Position numbers and translations under genes: made by a program
Origin: Opitutales bacterium
GTDB lineage: Bacteria > Verrucomicrobiota > Verrucomicrobiia > Opitutales > JABSRG01
Reading direction: 5' to 3'
DNA length: 64,000 nt
Assembly (NCBI GenBank): GCA_049599475.1
Contig: JBMYOQ010000002.1
Location: forward strand, 95,795 to 159,794
The notes under the pieces: generated by a model
What the model was told of the DNA's origin: nothing
The model's database searches: none
What the model saw: only the letters and a program-made list of their open reading frames with translations
In this document: positions 47,723 to 58,800 of the stretch, in pieces
Layout of the letters: each line of letters starts with the position of its first letter
How positions within the stretch are numbered: the first letter of the stretch is position 1

Positions 47723-50109
47723 TATGGGTTCCAGACGAGTGATCCATTGGATGGAATCTTTAATTCGACGGGCTTCGCTGAGTTATTAACGAGGACGAAG
47801 GTACTGCCGGGTTTTCCGAGGATACGTGCTTGGGTGGCCTCACCATCTTTCCATTCTAGATCGATTTCGAAGCCGCCACGTGCCTTCAGGCCGTCAAAAG
47901 AGCCTGTGTGCCAGCTGTCAGGTAGTGCAGGCAGGAAACGGATAATATTAATGCCGTCTTCGGTCTCACCATGGCTGTGGAGGAGCATTTCGGTGATCGC
48001 TGCAGTCGCTCCGAAATTTCCATCGATTTGAAGGGGCGGGTGCGTATCCCAGAGGGCGCTGGTGGTCGATACTTGGAAAAGCGCGATTAGGTTTTCAAAG
48101 GCTCCCTTGGAGTCCGACATGCGTGCAAGCATCCCGATCGTCCAGGCGCGGCTCCATCCAGTAGCGGCACCCCCATTGGCAAGACGTGCGTATACGGATT
48201 TGCTCACGGCATCACGCATGGCGAGGTCGGCATCGAGGTCGATCTGATTGCCTGGGTAAGAACCGATCACGTGAGAGATATGGCGGTGGTCTGGCTTGAG
48301 TTCAAAAATGCTGTCTTGGCGCCACTCTTTGAGACGGCCGTCTTCATCAATTTCTGGACGGTAGATCTTCGGCAAACGTTTCTTGGCTTCCTTGACGATC
48401 GCTTCATCGGTTTTTCCCAGAATTTCGGCGGCTTCGATGAGATCGTCTAGGGATTGCATCATCATGTATTGGTCAAAGCTGTTTCCACTGGAGACACTGC
48501 CTTTTTGATTCTTGCCGCTGGCATCCTTATACTGGAATTGGTTTTCTGGGGACGCCGTAGGGCGCGAGACCCACTGCTCGATGTCTTCGTCCCAATACAT
48601 CCACTCCATGACGAACTTAGTCGACTCGACCATGACATCCCAGTGTGTGGCGAGGTATTCGGCGTCGCGGTTGAAGCGGTAGTGCTCCATGATGTGCTGG
48701 ACCAACCACTGGCCGCCAAAAAACGATGCAGCATTGGCCGCCTTGCGCGCCCAAATCCGGGTACGTCCCCAGAGGTCTGAGGCGTGAGGCATTACCCAGC
48801 CATCGAAGCCCATCTCTTGGGCCATATTTTTGCCGAAGGGTTGATAGAGGTGAATGAGGTCAAAGAGTGGCTTGTGGAACTCGCTGAGATTCGTGGTCTC
48901 CGCGTGCCAGTAGTTCATCTGTAGGTTGATGTTTAAGTGGTAGTCGGAAGACCATGGAGCTTTTACGAAGGGATTCCAGACACCCTGTAAGTTGGCAGGT
49001 AAGCTGCCTGGCCGTGAAGAGCTGATGAGGAGTAGGCGGCCAAAGTTAAAATATGTCTCAACGAGGTCGTGATCGTCTGTAGCGCCATCTTTGATACGTT
49101 GTAAACGATCTGGTGTGGACATTTTCAATACATCATCAGAGCTGTTGCCCAAGTTGATCGATGCGCGGTTAAAATATGTCTGATAGTCCGCAACGGCGTC
49201 TGCGTGGATTTTGTCCTCTGGTTTCTTAGCGAGGGCATCGAGAGTCGCGAGGGTGCCAGCTTGCCAACCATCCGCGAGCGGAGAGTCGACGTCGTCTCGG
49301 TTAAAGTCGGTTTCGATTGCGACCTTGATGATCACCGAATCAGCACCTTCGATACGCACACCAGTTCCCGATTCGCTGAGGCTGCCTCCCTCGAGTTTAA
49401 AGCGCAGGCGGGCTTGATAGGTGGTGCCGTCGCCAGAACCCTTGCCGTTTACGATCAAGTCGTTGCCTAAGAGGGATGTTCCAGTGATGAGCTTGGTGTT
49501 GACGGATGCATTGAAGGAGAGACCCGCTGCTTGGTCGGACGCGAGTTTGATGACGATAACGTCGTCCGGATACGAAGCATATACGCTCTGCGAAATGGTT
49601 TCTCCGGCGAGCGATGATTCGGTATAGGCCGTTGCTTTGGAAAGATCCAGCCAGCGGGTAATCTCAGCCTTCGCGCCTTTTTCGGCGTCGTGGGCGATCA
49701 GGAGGCTGCCGACGAGCTGATAACTGGACGGGCGTGCTGCGGGCTGGCCACGGGGGACCTGGAAGCTCCGAATGAAGAGGTTCTTGGCGTCTTCCCATTC
49801 ACCCTGTTTATCCAACTCAAGGATTTCCTCGAAAATCTCGCGAGAGTTCTCCGGCATCTGCTCTCTGGGCAGTTTTTCCCAAATGCTGTCTTCATTGAGC
49901 ACAATGCGTTCGGTTGGGAAATTGCCGAACACGGCCGCTCCAAGGCGCCCATTGCCGACTGGGTATGATAATTCCCAATCTTTGCCAGCGCCAGCTTGGT
50001 CCCAGATGATATGACCCGACTTGAGCGCGTCAGTTTGTTCTGACGGGTTAGATAACAGTGATGCGGAAAGGCCTATAAAGGCCGCACTAAAAATACTTTT
50101 TCTATACAT
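47722..50109 (-). CDS. GH95 alpha-L-fucosidase
   Basis: 'PVGNGRLGA', 'LNEDSIW', 'FGRLLLISSSRPGSLPANLQGVWN', 'DYHLNINLQMNYW', 'SPEN', 'HRHISH', 'TGWSRAW', 'QIDGNFG'. Confidence 0.96.
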   Translation of the reverse strand: MYRKSIFSAAFIGLSASLLSNPSEQTDALKSGHIIWDQAGAGKDWELSYPVGNGRLGAAVFGNFPTERIVLNEDSIWEKLPREQMPENSREIFEEILELDKQGEWEDAKNLFIRSFQVPRGQPAARPSSYQLVGSLLIAHDAEKGAKAEITRWLDLSKATAYTESSLAGETISQSVYASYPDDVIVIKLASDQAAGLSFNASVNTKLITGTSLLGNDLIVNGKGSGDGTTYQARLRFKLEGGSLSESGTGVRIEGADSVIIKVAIETDFNRDDVDSPLADGWQAGTLATLDALAKKPEDKIHADAVADYQTYFNRASINLGNSSDDVLKMSTPDRLQRIKDGATDDHDLVETYFNFGRLLLISSSRPGSLPANLQGVWNPFVKAPWSSDYHLNINLQMNYWHAETTNLSEFHKPLFDLIHLYQPFGKNMAQEMGFDGWVMPHASDLWGRTRIWARKAANAASFFGGQWLVQHIMEHYRFNRDAEYLATHWDVMVESTKFVMEWMYWDEDIEQWVSRPTASPENQFQYKDASGKNQKGSVSSGNSFDQYMMMQSLDDLIEAAEILGKTDEAIVKEAKKRLPKIYRPEIDEDGRLKEWRQDSIFELKPDHRHISHVIGSYPGNQIDLDADLAMRDAVSKSVYARLANGGAATGWSRAWTIGMLARMSDSKGAFENLIALFQVSTTSALWDTHPPLQIDGNFGATAAITEMLLHSHGETEDGINIIRFLPALPDSWHTGSFDGLKARGGFEIDLEWKDGEATQARILGKPGSTFVLVNNSAKPVELKIPSNGSLVWNP

Positions 50110-50469
50110 CGTTTTAAAAGGAGATACTATCGTATATTGAATAAACTAAATTCCGATGCTGAAGTTTTAGTAGGCGTTTTTGAATTTTATCAGCCTGCTT
50201 GTGTAAACGTGCACTTAGAGCCGGCAGTTAGGCGTATTTAAGAATATCCACCTTCGTAAGGGTGGTAGGTCCGCCGGGATTGTAGTGCTGATTCTCACTC
50301 AAATTAATAGTTCTGGTAGCAACTGTGTCGGGTGAACCGTCTCGGTGAGCAGTTGAGTATAAGTCCAATCCCATTATGGGCTCGCTTAAACGCCAATGCC
50401 CTGCGGGAGTGCAGGGCATGGTGTCTCGGGATCGATTATTGAGAAGAGGCGCTCAGGCCTCTGTTGATT

Positions 50470-52008
50470 CTATAAGGTCGCGGAGAATGCGACGGGCACA
50501 TCATTTTCTAGTTTTGGGCCTGGTGTGCTGCGTCCGTTTTCGATGAATTCCATTAAGGTGTCATAGAGGCGCTTTTCGACCTCTGGAAACTGTGTATATA
50601 GATTGGTCGTCTCCTGTGGGTCCTTGATCATATTGTAGAGCTGAAATTTGGGTAAACCTTGCTTGGCTGCGTCTTTATCTTTGGGTTTGGACCAGCCCCC
50701 GGATCCCGCTGTGAAGATCAATTTCCACTCGGGTGTGCGGATGGCGAATTGACCGCTAATAGAATGATTTACAATCGCGCGGGTTGCTGCAGTTTCCTCG
50801 GTTTTGCCAATGAGGGTCGGGAGAAAGCTTACACTGTCTTCAGCTCCATCTGCTGGGAGGTCTGTGGCGATGATATCCGCTGCGGTGGCTACGATGTCTC
50901 CCAGGACAGTGAGGCGATCGGTCTGAGTGCCTGCTTTGATCGCGGCGGGCCAGCGGACAATGTGCGGCACACGGTGACCGCCCTCCCAGATGTCTGCCTT
51001 CGCGCCCCGGTAGATGTAGTTGGGAAAGTGTCCCTGAGCGATTAGCGCGTCAATATCTGCTGCGGGTGAGCAACCGTTGTCTGCCGTGAAGAGAATGAGA
51101 GTATTTTCGGTAATGCCAGCTGCGTCGAGGGCGCTTAGGATTTGGCCGACACCCGCGTCTGTTTGCATGACAAAGTCTCCGTAGTCGCCGAGCCCGCTCT
51201 TACCCTTCCATTCAGAAGTGGGAATGATGGGTGTGTGTGGGCTGGTTAGCGGTATGTATAGGAAAAAGGGAGTGTCTTTATCGGCTTTGAGGATGTATTC
51301 CGCGGAGCGATCGTAAAACTCGTCGAGTGTTTCAAATGGGTCGAAATTATCGGCGATCCATCCAGGGCGGAATCCTTTGGTGATGCCCAGTTCTGATTTC
51401 ATGAGCTTCTTATCGACGTATCGCAAATTCTGTGACTGGTAGCGGTCATTTTCGATGTAGTTGTAGGGAGGGAAATCGAGGGAGGCATTGTGGCCCCAGA
51501 AGTAGTCGAATCCGTTACAAGTGGGTGTGCCGGTCAGTGGTTGATCCCAGTTGATGACCAGGTTTTTTAGGTTCTTTTTGTAGCTTGCGGGTGGTTCGGC
51601 GAAGGGATGATTCATGCCTAGGTGCCACTTGCCAATCATTGCGGTATTGTAACCATTTTCCTGTAACAGATTAGCGATGGTCAAACGGTCGGCTTCGATC
51701 AAAGGTGGCTCATATCCATTTACGACACCGCGTTGGAGCTTTGTGCGCCAGTTGTAACGGCCGGTCATGACATTGTAACGAGTTGGCGTACACACCGAGG
51801 AGCTTGAATGGGCATCTGTAAACACCATTCCTTCTGCGGCCATGTGGTCCAGGTGCGGAGTCTGGATTTTGGACTCAGGGTTTAGGGCGCTGACGTCGCC
51901 ATAACCCATGTCGTCGGCTATGATATAAATGATATTGGGACGCTCTTGTTTAGCGCTTGAAAGCGATAGGCAGAGCGCGAATGCGGAGAGTAGGAGAGGG
52001 TTTCTCAT
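50470..52008 (-). CDS. Arylsulfatase-like S1 sulfatase
   Basis: 'PNIIYIIADDMGYGD', 'FTDAHS..VCTPTRY', GKWHLG, 'EGGHRVP'. Confidence 0.95.
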   Translation of the reverse strand: MRNPLLLSAFALCLSLSSAKQERPNIIYIIADDMGYGDVSALNPESKIQTPHLDHMAAEGMVFTDAHSSSSVCTPTRYNVMTGRYNWRTKLQRGVVNGYEPPLIEADRLTIANLLQENGYNTAMIGKWHLGMNHPFAEPPASYKKNLKNLVINWDQPLTGTPTCNGFDYFWGHNASLDFPPYNYIENDRYQSQNLRYVDKKLMKSELGITKGFRPGWIADNFDPFETLDEFYDRSAEYILKADKDTPFFLYIPLTSPHTPIIPTSEWKGKSGLGDYGDFVMQTDAGVGQILSALDAAGITENTLILFTADNGCSPAADIDALIAQGHFPNYIYRGAKADIWEGGHRVPHIVRWPAAIKAGTQTDRLTVLGDIVATAADIIATDLPADGAEDSVSFLPTLIGKTEETAATRAIVNHSISGQFAIRTPEWKLIFTAGSGGWSKPKDKDAAKQGLPKFQLYNMIKDPQETTNLYTQFPEVEKRLYDTLMEFIENGRSTPGPKLENDVPVAFSATL

Positions 52009-52027
52009 GGACGGGGGGATCTGGAGA

Positions 52028-53602
52028 TTATTCGAAGTTTACAGTTATCGAATCGATGATTGGTTTTGAGTTGTTAGAAGTGTTGTCTTGGATACGGATT
52101 TCGAACTTGAAGCCGTACCCTTCTGGCAGGTCGGAAAGGTTTAATTGAGCGGGATTACGCTTTATCTGTTTGGAGAATCCGGGGATGGCTTCGTATGTCT
52201 CTTTCACGGGAGCCCAGTCTGTCCACCGATTTATATTTTTGTCTCCGTTTGTATCGACTCCAACGCGGGCTTCTACGCTTTCCACCCAAGGGCCGGGGCT
52301 TACGAAGTCGTCTTGCTGCTGAGTCGCTAAATAAAATTGATTCTCTGCAAAAATAATATCGGGGTCGGGGTGGCCTTTTCCGACAGAATGCACCAGCTCG
52401 AATGGGCCGTTTACGCTATCTGCGGTTAGGATCGCGACGGACATATTTTTAGTCGGCTCTCCTGCGGGGTGAAAGTCACCAAAAAGATAATACTGTCCAC
52501 CAATACTAATCGCAGCCCAATCACCGTATGCGTTCTGCGCGGGTTCGTGTTTCTCGTAGCTTGCGTGGCTTCCCCCTTTCCAGATGGAGCTGCTGCCCCA
52601 GTGCGGGTGCCTGAATTCGCCGAATTCACCGGTTGGTTGTGTACGATGATCAACTGCTGGTTCACGAATTGTAAAGGGGGTAAGTCCTCCATCAGGGCTC
52701 ACGGCGCGTCCGGCTAGCGGAGAGTCCCATGCGTGCGCGCTCGCATTGATCGGACTCCAGTCTTCGTAGATCAGGTGGAATTCACCCTCGAGATCGCGGA
52801 TTACAACGCAGTCGGATCCATGAGAGGGGTCGGCCCAAACCATACCGAGGTTTTCCCCGGGTTCCCCATCGGTGAGGTCGGAATCGATGTAGAGGTGTGG
52901 GTCTTGGTCGTTCGGGTTATCGTAGTAGATGTAAGTCTTTCCGTCGGCATACTCTGCGGTGGTGACCCATCGTCCCTCTCGGTCAGTGATGGGGCCGTGG
53001 TGTACCCAGTTTACCATGTCGCGGCTTTGCCAAGCGTGATATCCGCCGAGGCCGGGTTTTAGTCCACCGGGCGCGTTGTAAGTGTTGGGAATTTGAGTCG
53101 TGCGCAGCGGTATATCAAAACCTTCAAGATTTGCCTCTTGGCCGTTGAAGGGTTTATTTGCTTCAGCTTCGAGCTTGGCGGCTGCTTCTGGATCGCTCTT
53201 GCGTAATTGTTTGAGGCGCTTGGGATTGGCGCCGTTCGCGGGGTTGAAACGACCAAAAATCCAATAGTTCCCGGGCCCTTGAGACAGCAGCACGGGTGCG
53301 TCGCCAAGATTTTTTGGGCCAATGTTCGGTGTCTTGTTCCAGTTGTCCCAGCTTGTACTTTGGGCTACGGTGAGGCTACGTGCTTGTAGCTTGTTTTTTG
53401 CGTCGAAATATTGGCTACTCAGCGTAGCGGATTCACCTGCCGGAACGATTTGTCCATTCGTTATTTCGGCACCTTGGATATCGGCGATATTGTTTTTCCA
53501 TTCTATCTCACTCGAAAGATGCCATGTATTATTCGATCGCAGTGTTTGAGATGTCGTAATGCTTATGCTGGCGAGCAGCAGTGCGGAGCTTATGTGATTC
53601 AT
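52028..53602 (-). CDS. Secreted family C propeller-like protein, untagged paralog of 21160-23205
   Basis: Shared motifs 'DAPVLLS', 'TTAEY', 'DPSHGSD', 'HAWDSPLAG', 'AYGDW', 'GHPDP', 'VSPGPW'; ends at KPIIDSITVNFE*. Confidence 0.8.
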   Translation of the reverse strand: MNHISSALLLASISITTSQTLRSNNTWHLSSEIEWKNNIADIQGAEITNGQIVPAGESATLSSQYFDAKNKLQARSLTVAQSTSWDNWNKTPNIGPKNLGDAPVLLSQGPGNYWIFGRFNPANGANPKRLKQLRKSDPEAAAKLEAEANKPFNGQEANLEGFDIPLRTTQIPNTYNAPGGLKPGLGGYHAWQSRDMVNWVHHGPITDREGRWVTTAEYADGKTYIYYDNPNDQDPHLYIDSDLTDGEPGENLGMVWADPSHGSDCVVIRDLEGEFHLIYEDWSPINASAHAWDSPLAGRAVSPDGGLTPFTIREPAVDHRTQPTGEFGEFRHPHWGSSSIWKGGSHASYEKHEPAQNAYGDWAAISIGGQYYLFGDFHPAGEPTKNMSVAILTADSVNGPFELVHSVGKGHPDPDIIFAENQFYLATQQQDDFVSPGPWVESVEARVGVDTNGDKNINRWTDWAPVKETYEAIPGFSKQIKRNPAQLNLSDLPEGYGFKFEIRIQDNTSNNSKPIIDSITVNFE

Positions 53603-55035
53603 TTCTTCTTGGGGGTGCGGAGCTTCCAGATATCGACTTCAACGTCGTTTTGCATAGGAGGACCTGGGCGTGTTCGCCCATCAGCCACGGATTTCTCGAG
53701 TAGGCTGAGGAGCTCCTGCGCTTTTTCTGGATGCGTCTCGTAAAGGTTATTTGTTTCGCCGCGGTCTTTGGCCAAATTGTAGAGCTGAGCGGGTGCGGGT
53801 GTGTGTTTCTTCCCTTTCTTCTCCTCACTGTCCGCAATAAATTTCCAATTACCCTTGCGTATCGCGAACTTGCCTTTGAAGGAGTGATGGATCGCGAGTG
53901 GGTGAGTCGGGGCTGCTTTTGCTTCTTTTCCCTGTAGAAGGGGCAAGATTGAAAAACTATCGACTCCGGCATCGTCGGGTAGACTGACTTCCAGCATGTC
54001 TGCGACAGTCGCCATGAGGCTGACCTGTACTATGGTGTCATTACAAATCGAGCCGGGAGTGATGACGCCTGGCCAACGCGCTACAAAAGGGACTCGGTGT
54101 CCGCCTTCGTAAATTGTCATCTTGTTTCCTTTCAGGCCGGGCAGTGGATCGTAGCCCAATTTGCGAAGGCTTTCGGGTTTGGGCGCGGTGCCGTTGTCGG
54201 TCGAAAAGATTACGAGCGTATTCTCTGTAAAATGATTGCGGTCGAGAGCATCGAGTATCTGTTTCACGGCATCGTCTGTCTGCATGACGAAATCAGCATG
54301 GTCATTGATACCACTTTTCCCTTTCCACTCTGGGGCAGGCAAAACCGGGCTATGTGGGGAATTTAAGGGCACATAGAGGAAGAACGGTGTTTGGCTCTTT
54401 TCTCGTCGGCCATCGATGTAGGCGACGCTGCGCTCGGTGAGGCGCGGAAGCATTTCGACTGCTGATTCGAAGTTTTCCGTGACAACATCCTGTTCGATCC
54501 AAGTGAGCATCTCCCGGGCGTGGTGAAACCCTTCATACACATCGAAACCGCGTGTGATCGGGCCGCCGATGACTTGGGCGCCGATGGTTGCTGCGCCCAC
54601 ATTGTATTCGCCTTTTTGTTTCGTGACCTTTCCATTCTTATAGGAAAAAGAGAGATGCCATTTTCCGATGATTGCGGTGTCGTAGCCGTGTTGTTTTAGC
54701 AGCTGTGGTACTGTGAGTATATTCTCGGCAATTAAAGGAGCTTGTCCGGTTTGGACTACGGCTTTTTGCAGGCGCGTGCGCCAGGCATAGCGCCCCGTCA
54801 ATAAGGCATATCTACTCGGCGTGCAGACCGATGACGCACTGTGCGCATCCGCAAAACGCATGCCTTCTGAGGCAATGCGATCAATGCCTGGAGTCGCGAT
54901 GGGCAAGTCTGGATTATAAGCTTGCGCCTCTCCCCAGCCCTGGTCGTCAGCATAGATATAGACTATGTTTGGGGTCTGCTTGGCAAATGATTTTGCCGTG
55001 AAAAGTAAGAGAGAAAGGGCGAGTAAGGTACGCAT
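53599..55035 (-). CDS. Arylsulfatase-like S1 sulfatase
   Basis: 'PNIVYIYADDQG', 'VCTPSRY', GKWHL, 'EGGHRVP'; 4-bp overlap with the next gene. Confidence 0.95.
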   Translation of the reverse strand: MRTLLALSLLLFTAKSFAKQTPNIVYIYADDQGWGEAQAYNPDLPIATPGIDRIASEGMRFADAHSASSVCTPSRYALLTGRYAWRTRLQKAVVQTGQAPLIAENILTVPQLLKQHGYDTAIIGKWHLSFSYKNGKVTKQKGEYNVGAATIGAQVIGGPITRGFDVYEGFHHAREMLTWIEQDVVTENFESAVEMLPRLTERSVAYIDGRREKSQTPFFLYVPLNSPHSPVLPAPEWKGKSGINDHADFVMQTDDAVKQILDALDRNHFTENTLVIFSTDNGTAPKPESLRKLGYDPLPGLKGNKMTIYEGGHRVPFVARWPGVITPGSICNDTIVQVSLMATVADMLEVSLPDDAGVDSFSILPLLQGKEAKAAPTHPLAIHHSFKGKFAIRKGNWKFIADSEEKKGKKHTPAPAQLYNLAKDRGETNNLYETHPEKAQELLSLLEKSVADGRTRPGPPMQNDVEVDIWKLRTPKKK

Positions 55036-55138
55036 GTATGTACATTGTGTGGGGAACCGGTTAGGACATTAAGTGTAATGCCGAAGATCGGGAGTGGTTT
55101 CGTGGATTAAACGATTTAATCCAATTTAATTTACTTAG

Positions 55139-55870
55139 TTAACGTACTTCTGCCGAAAGATTCAACTCATGATCGCGAACTCGTGTAATCATAGGCACTT
55201 TGCGTCGGCCCTCAGGAGGGGTAATAAACATCAATTGGCGACGCTCAGGGGTGTGGACCCAAGACGTGCCATAAATAAGAAGTGGTTCCGGGTATTCCGG
55301 CAAAGTGCACGCAATATCGACGCGATAACTTCCTCGGCCTTCTCTCGGCTCTGGTAGAATTGCCCTGGACCGAGAGCGGATATTTACAACTTTGTCTCCA
55401 AATTTTCCTGAAATATTAGCTTCGCTGAAATTGAAAATGAGCGTGTGCCCCAGGGGGAATTCGCCTTTAGAGGCGTTTATTGGGATTACGCGTGCCGGAA
55501 AGGCGGTGCTGTGTGTGGAGGGTAAAAACAACAGAATACATCGGCTCCATTCCTTGGGTATTCTGAGCTTTTGAGCATTTTGAGGAAGGTTTTTAGGATC
55601 GATCGGCGCCTCAGTTAATACCGTAATTTCGATTTCGCCTCGTGGTATTGATAGCGGTGGGGAGAGGATGCGTCGTGGGAGCTGGATGTCTTCCGAAAGT
55701 TGTTCTGAGAAGATGTGGGCTGTTTCAGGGAGTGTTCTATCTGCTTGAAGAAATATAGCTCGGATTTCTCGAGCTACGAGAAGCCCTTGTGTGGGCATAC
55801 CGACTATGCAGATTGTAATGAATAAAAAGGTACGAGAGAACATGCTGGATGCGGGTAGTGTGCGTTGCAC
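55139..55870 (-). CDS. Hypothetical secreted/membrane-anchored partner of the PilX-like protein
   Basis: 243-aa ORF 8 nt downstream of the giant PilX-like ORF; N-terminal hydrophobic segment. Confidence 0.7.
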   Translation of the reverse strand: MQRTLPASSMFSRTFLFITICIVGMPTQGLLVAREIRAIFLQADRTLPETAHIFSEQLSEDIQLPRRILSPPLSIPRGEIEITVLTEAPIDPKNLPQNAQKLRIPKEWSRCILLFLPSTHSTAFPARVIPINASKGEFPLGHTLIFNFSEANISGKFGDKVVNIRSRSRAILPEPREGRGSYRVDIACTLPEYPEPLLIYGTSWVHTPERRQLMFITPPEGRRKVPMITRVRDHELNLSAEVR

Positions 55871-55878
55871 GAGCTAGA

Positions 55879-58800
55879 CTAAATCTCTTCTTCAGATAAC
55901 CACCTGAAGGAAACAATTTCGTAGTTGCGACCTAAGGTCTCGTTTATCGAGGAGACCATTTCAGTGTTGGAAAATGGAAGGGCTTCGGGAGCATCCGTTT
56001 TATGATCAACATATTCTGCCCGGCGTGTGAGGACGATTTCGCACCAAGCCTGTGCTAAGATGCTATTACTCGCGCTTGGGTCGCGCTTATCTCCGTAAGC
56101 TCGAATGGTAAATGTATCGTCTCTGGCCGAAAGCAAGGGTGCGATAGGGCGCAGGATGTCTGCTTGCCTGATCCAGCCCGGTGTTCCGAAACTCGGAGAC
56201 CCCTTGGCTGCTTCGGCGAATGCATAGTCTAAAGGCTCGCCGGGTATTGTGGATGCCTCGTCGAGAGGGATGAAGTGGTCTTCTAGGGTTGCGAAAGGGT
56301 TCGATGAGTTGGATCCCGATGCGTGGTCTCCATTGGCAAGGTTATCGAGCGCCTTCTGAATAGTGCCTGCTATGGCATCTTCTGGATCATTGCTGAGCTG
56401 TCTATTAACAAACTCTGAGAGCGACAGGAATGGACCGCGCTCTTTGATGACTCTGACGATTTCGAGGGCTAGATCTTCGATTTCGGTATCAGACAGAGTC
56501 CGGTAACCTGCGAATTCGGCCGCATCCATAAAACTTACAGATGACTCCATCGAGTTGGACGCGCTATCTTGGTCTCCCGCAATCGATGTGCGCGGAAATG
56601 GAGATGCCCCGGAGCTGGGACTGTCTAGGACTATCTGGCCTGATTGATCAATGATCGCGACTTGTTGATTTCTTGCCTGTCGAAGAAGAGCCTCCCATGC
56701 TTTGACTGAGGTCGAGTTTACGTTGAACATGCCTTCCACCTCAAGTTTGGAGGCAATGTATTCGAAGGGATATTTGGATACATCGCCTTCGCTCTCAATG
56801 TCGATTTTTGACCCCGAAACGATGTCGCTGGTTGTCGTGATTATGTCACTAGATTTTGCGGCGGACGTCGGGTGGTAAAATCTGTTGGGTAGGCTTTGAT
56901 TGCCAAAGAGGTGATCTCTGTAAGTGTCGCTGAGTGATGTCCGAATTGTGCTGAGCCCGACGTTTTCAAATTCTCTAGGAGAGATCGAAGACACAAACCA
57001 ATCATCAAAGAATAGGTGGTTGAGCAGGTAGCTGTCATCGTTCGCAAAGTCCTCGTATTCAGAGCCAGGAACACCGGGTGCAGAGACATTTGTTTGTTGA
57101 ATAATGGGGCTCGCGGACGCATTTCCGAGGAGGTTGAATTGGAAGGGCGGGACTGGATTATTATCGCGTGCGTCCCAATGGGTCAGGTCCACAAGGCTTT
57201 GAATCGGGCGTGTTGGGATTTCTGCTACAATTGCGCGTGTCAGCCCGGTGTCCGGAAAGTAGCCTGTGAGGATATACGAGCTGTTTGAGCTGGGAGGTTG
57301 GTTTGGACGATAATCTTCGCTGAAGGCCCTTAAGCTTATGTCAAACGGGCTATGAATGGGATGATAGTTTCCGCTGCCTGTAGTATCTGGTTGTGATCCC
57401 GCTTCGAAGGATTCTCCGATGTTTACATGATGGGTGAGTGGGTGCCCTTGAAGGAACGCTTTACTATTCTGATAATTGAACGCGTTTGCAGGGTCGATCC
57501 GATCAGTTGACAGGGGACTGACTGCTCTGTTCGCGAAGGTCAGTGACATGAATTCTTCTGGAAGAGAAATTATGGAACCGACGGCTCCACCGAGATTGAT
57601 GGACTCGATCGGAGGGTAATATTCAGTATTGGCTGAGAACACCGAATCGGCCAATTGCATGTTATAGCGGGCTCGAGATTGATTAGCAGTTCCCGCGTTG
57701 TATTCGATGCGTATACCGATGCCATCTTGAGCTCCACCGTTGAAGTTGAACTGTTTGTCAAAAGTAACTCTTTCTACGATGATTGTTTCGCTCGCGGCAT
57801 ATGATTTATTGGTGTCCATCATGTACCGTATGGAGACGGAGGGGTCGTAACCTTCGACAAGATCGACGGTAGAGGTACCTTCAATGATAGGACCGTATGC
57901 GGGGTCTAATCCGAATATTCGGGTTTCGCCGGGAAGGAGCGTTAGAGTTTGCTGAGGTGTTGCGAACTCGAAGTTGTTACTGAAGATGTCATCTAGGCTA
58001 TTTGAAAAACCATTTCCCGAATTTGTAATGGTGTTAATGTGTATTCTGGCGGAGGCGATTTGTTTCCTTAGGCGAATGGTCGGCCTCATATTTGCAGGAA
58101 TGGTAATTTCTACGTTGTAGGGATTCCACACAGTGAAAGCCGGGGAGAGTGTAAGCGCTGGTACATAATTCCCTGTAGGAATATCTGAATTATCCAATTC
58201 TTGCACACTTGAGATTCCGAAAATCAGTTGAAGCCTTCCAAGAATCGGTGATACGCGGATCTTGTTGCTAAAGTTGTCTCTTGCGTAGCTCGTTGAAGCG
58301 CTTCCTCCATCGATTTGAGGCCAGTCTTCATTGTCTATTATTCCGTAGGAAGGTACTCCGCCTTCAATGCTGATGTCTCGGTAGGCCATGGCGTAGTCTA
58401 CGAGGTGTGACCACGATGCTATAGGGCCTGTATGTGATTTCGGAGCGGAACCATAACGGTAGTCTGACCATGGATACACCAGCGCTCCAATTGTTCCTGA
58501 AGTCTCTCCATCTCCTTTGCGAGCGGTGAGAATCTTTCCAGGTTCAGAGGTATAGAAGGGCAGTTCGAATGACGGAAGGCTTGTTGTGGTGCTATGTTCG
58601 CCGGCGTCTGAGGTCGATACAAAGCTCTCTGTCATTAAAGAAAGGTCTTTGCGCCAGCCGCCTACAGCGGTGTTCGTAAGGAGGCCTCTGCTGAAAGTCG
58701 TAATGTCATGAAATTTAAGACGATCATCTGCGGGTATGGATGTATCATAGAAGAGGTTGAGCATATCATCGCTCGGAATACGAGGCGTATTGAAGTCGTC

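Noticed and set aside
55103..55123. TGGATTAAA-CGA-TTTAATCCA hairpin as a terminator
   Set aside because: AT-rich stem, 3-nt loop and no U-tract on the coding strand; too weak to call.
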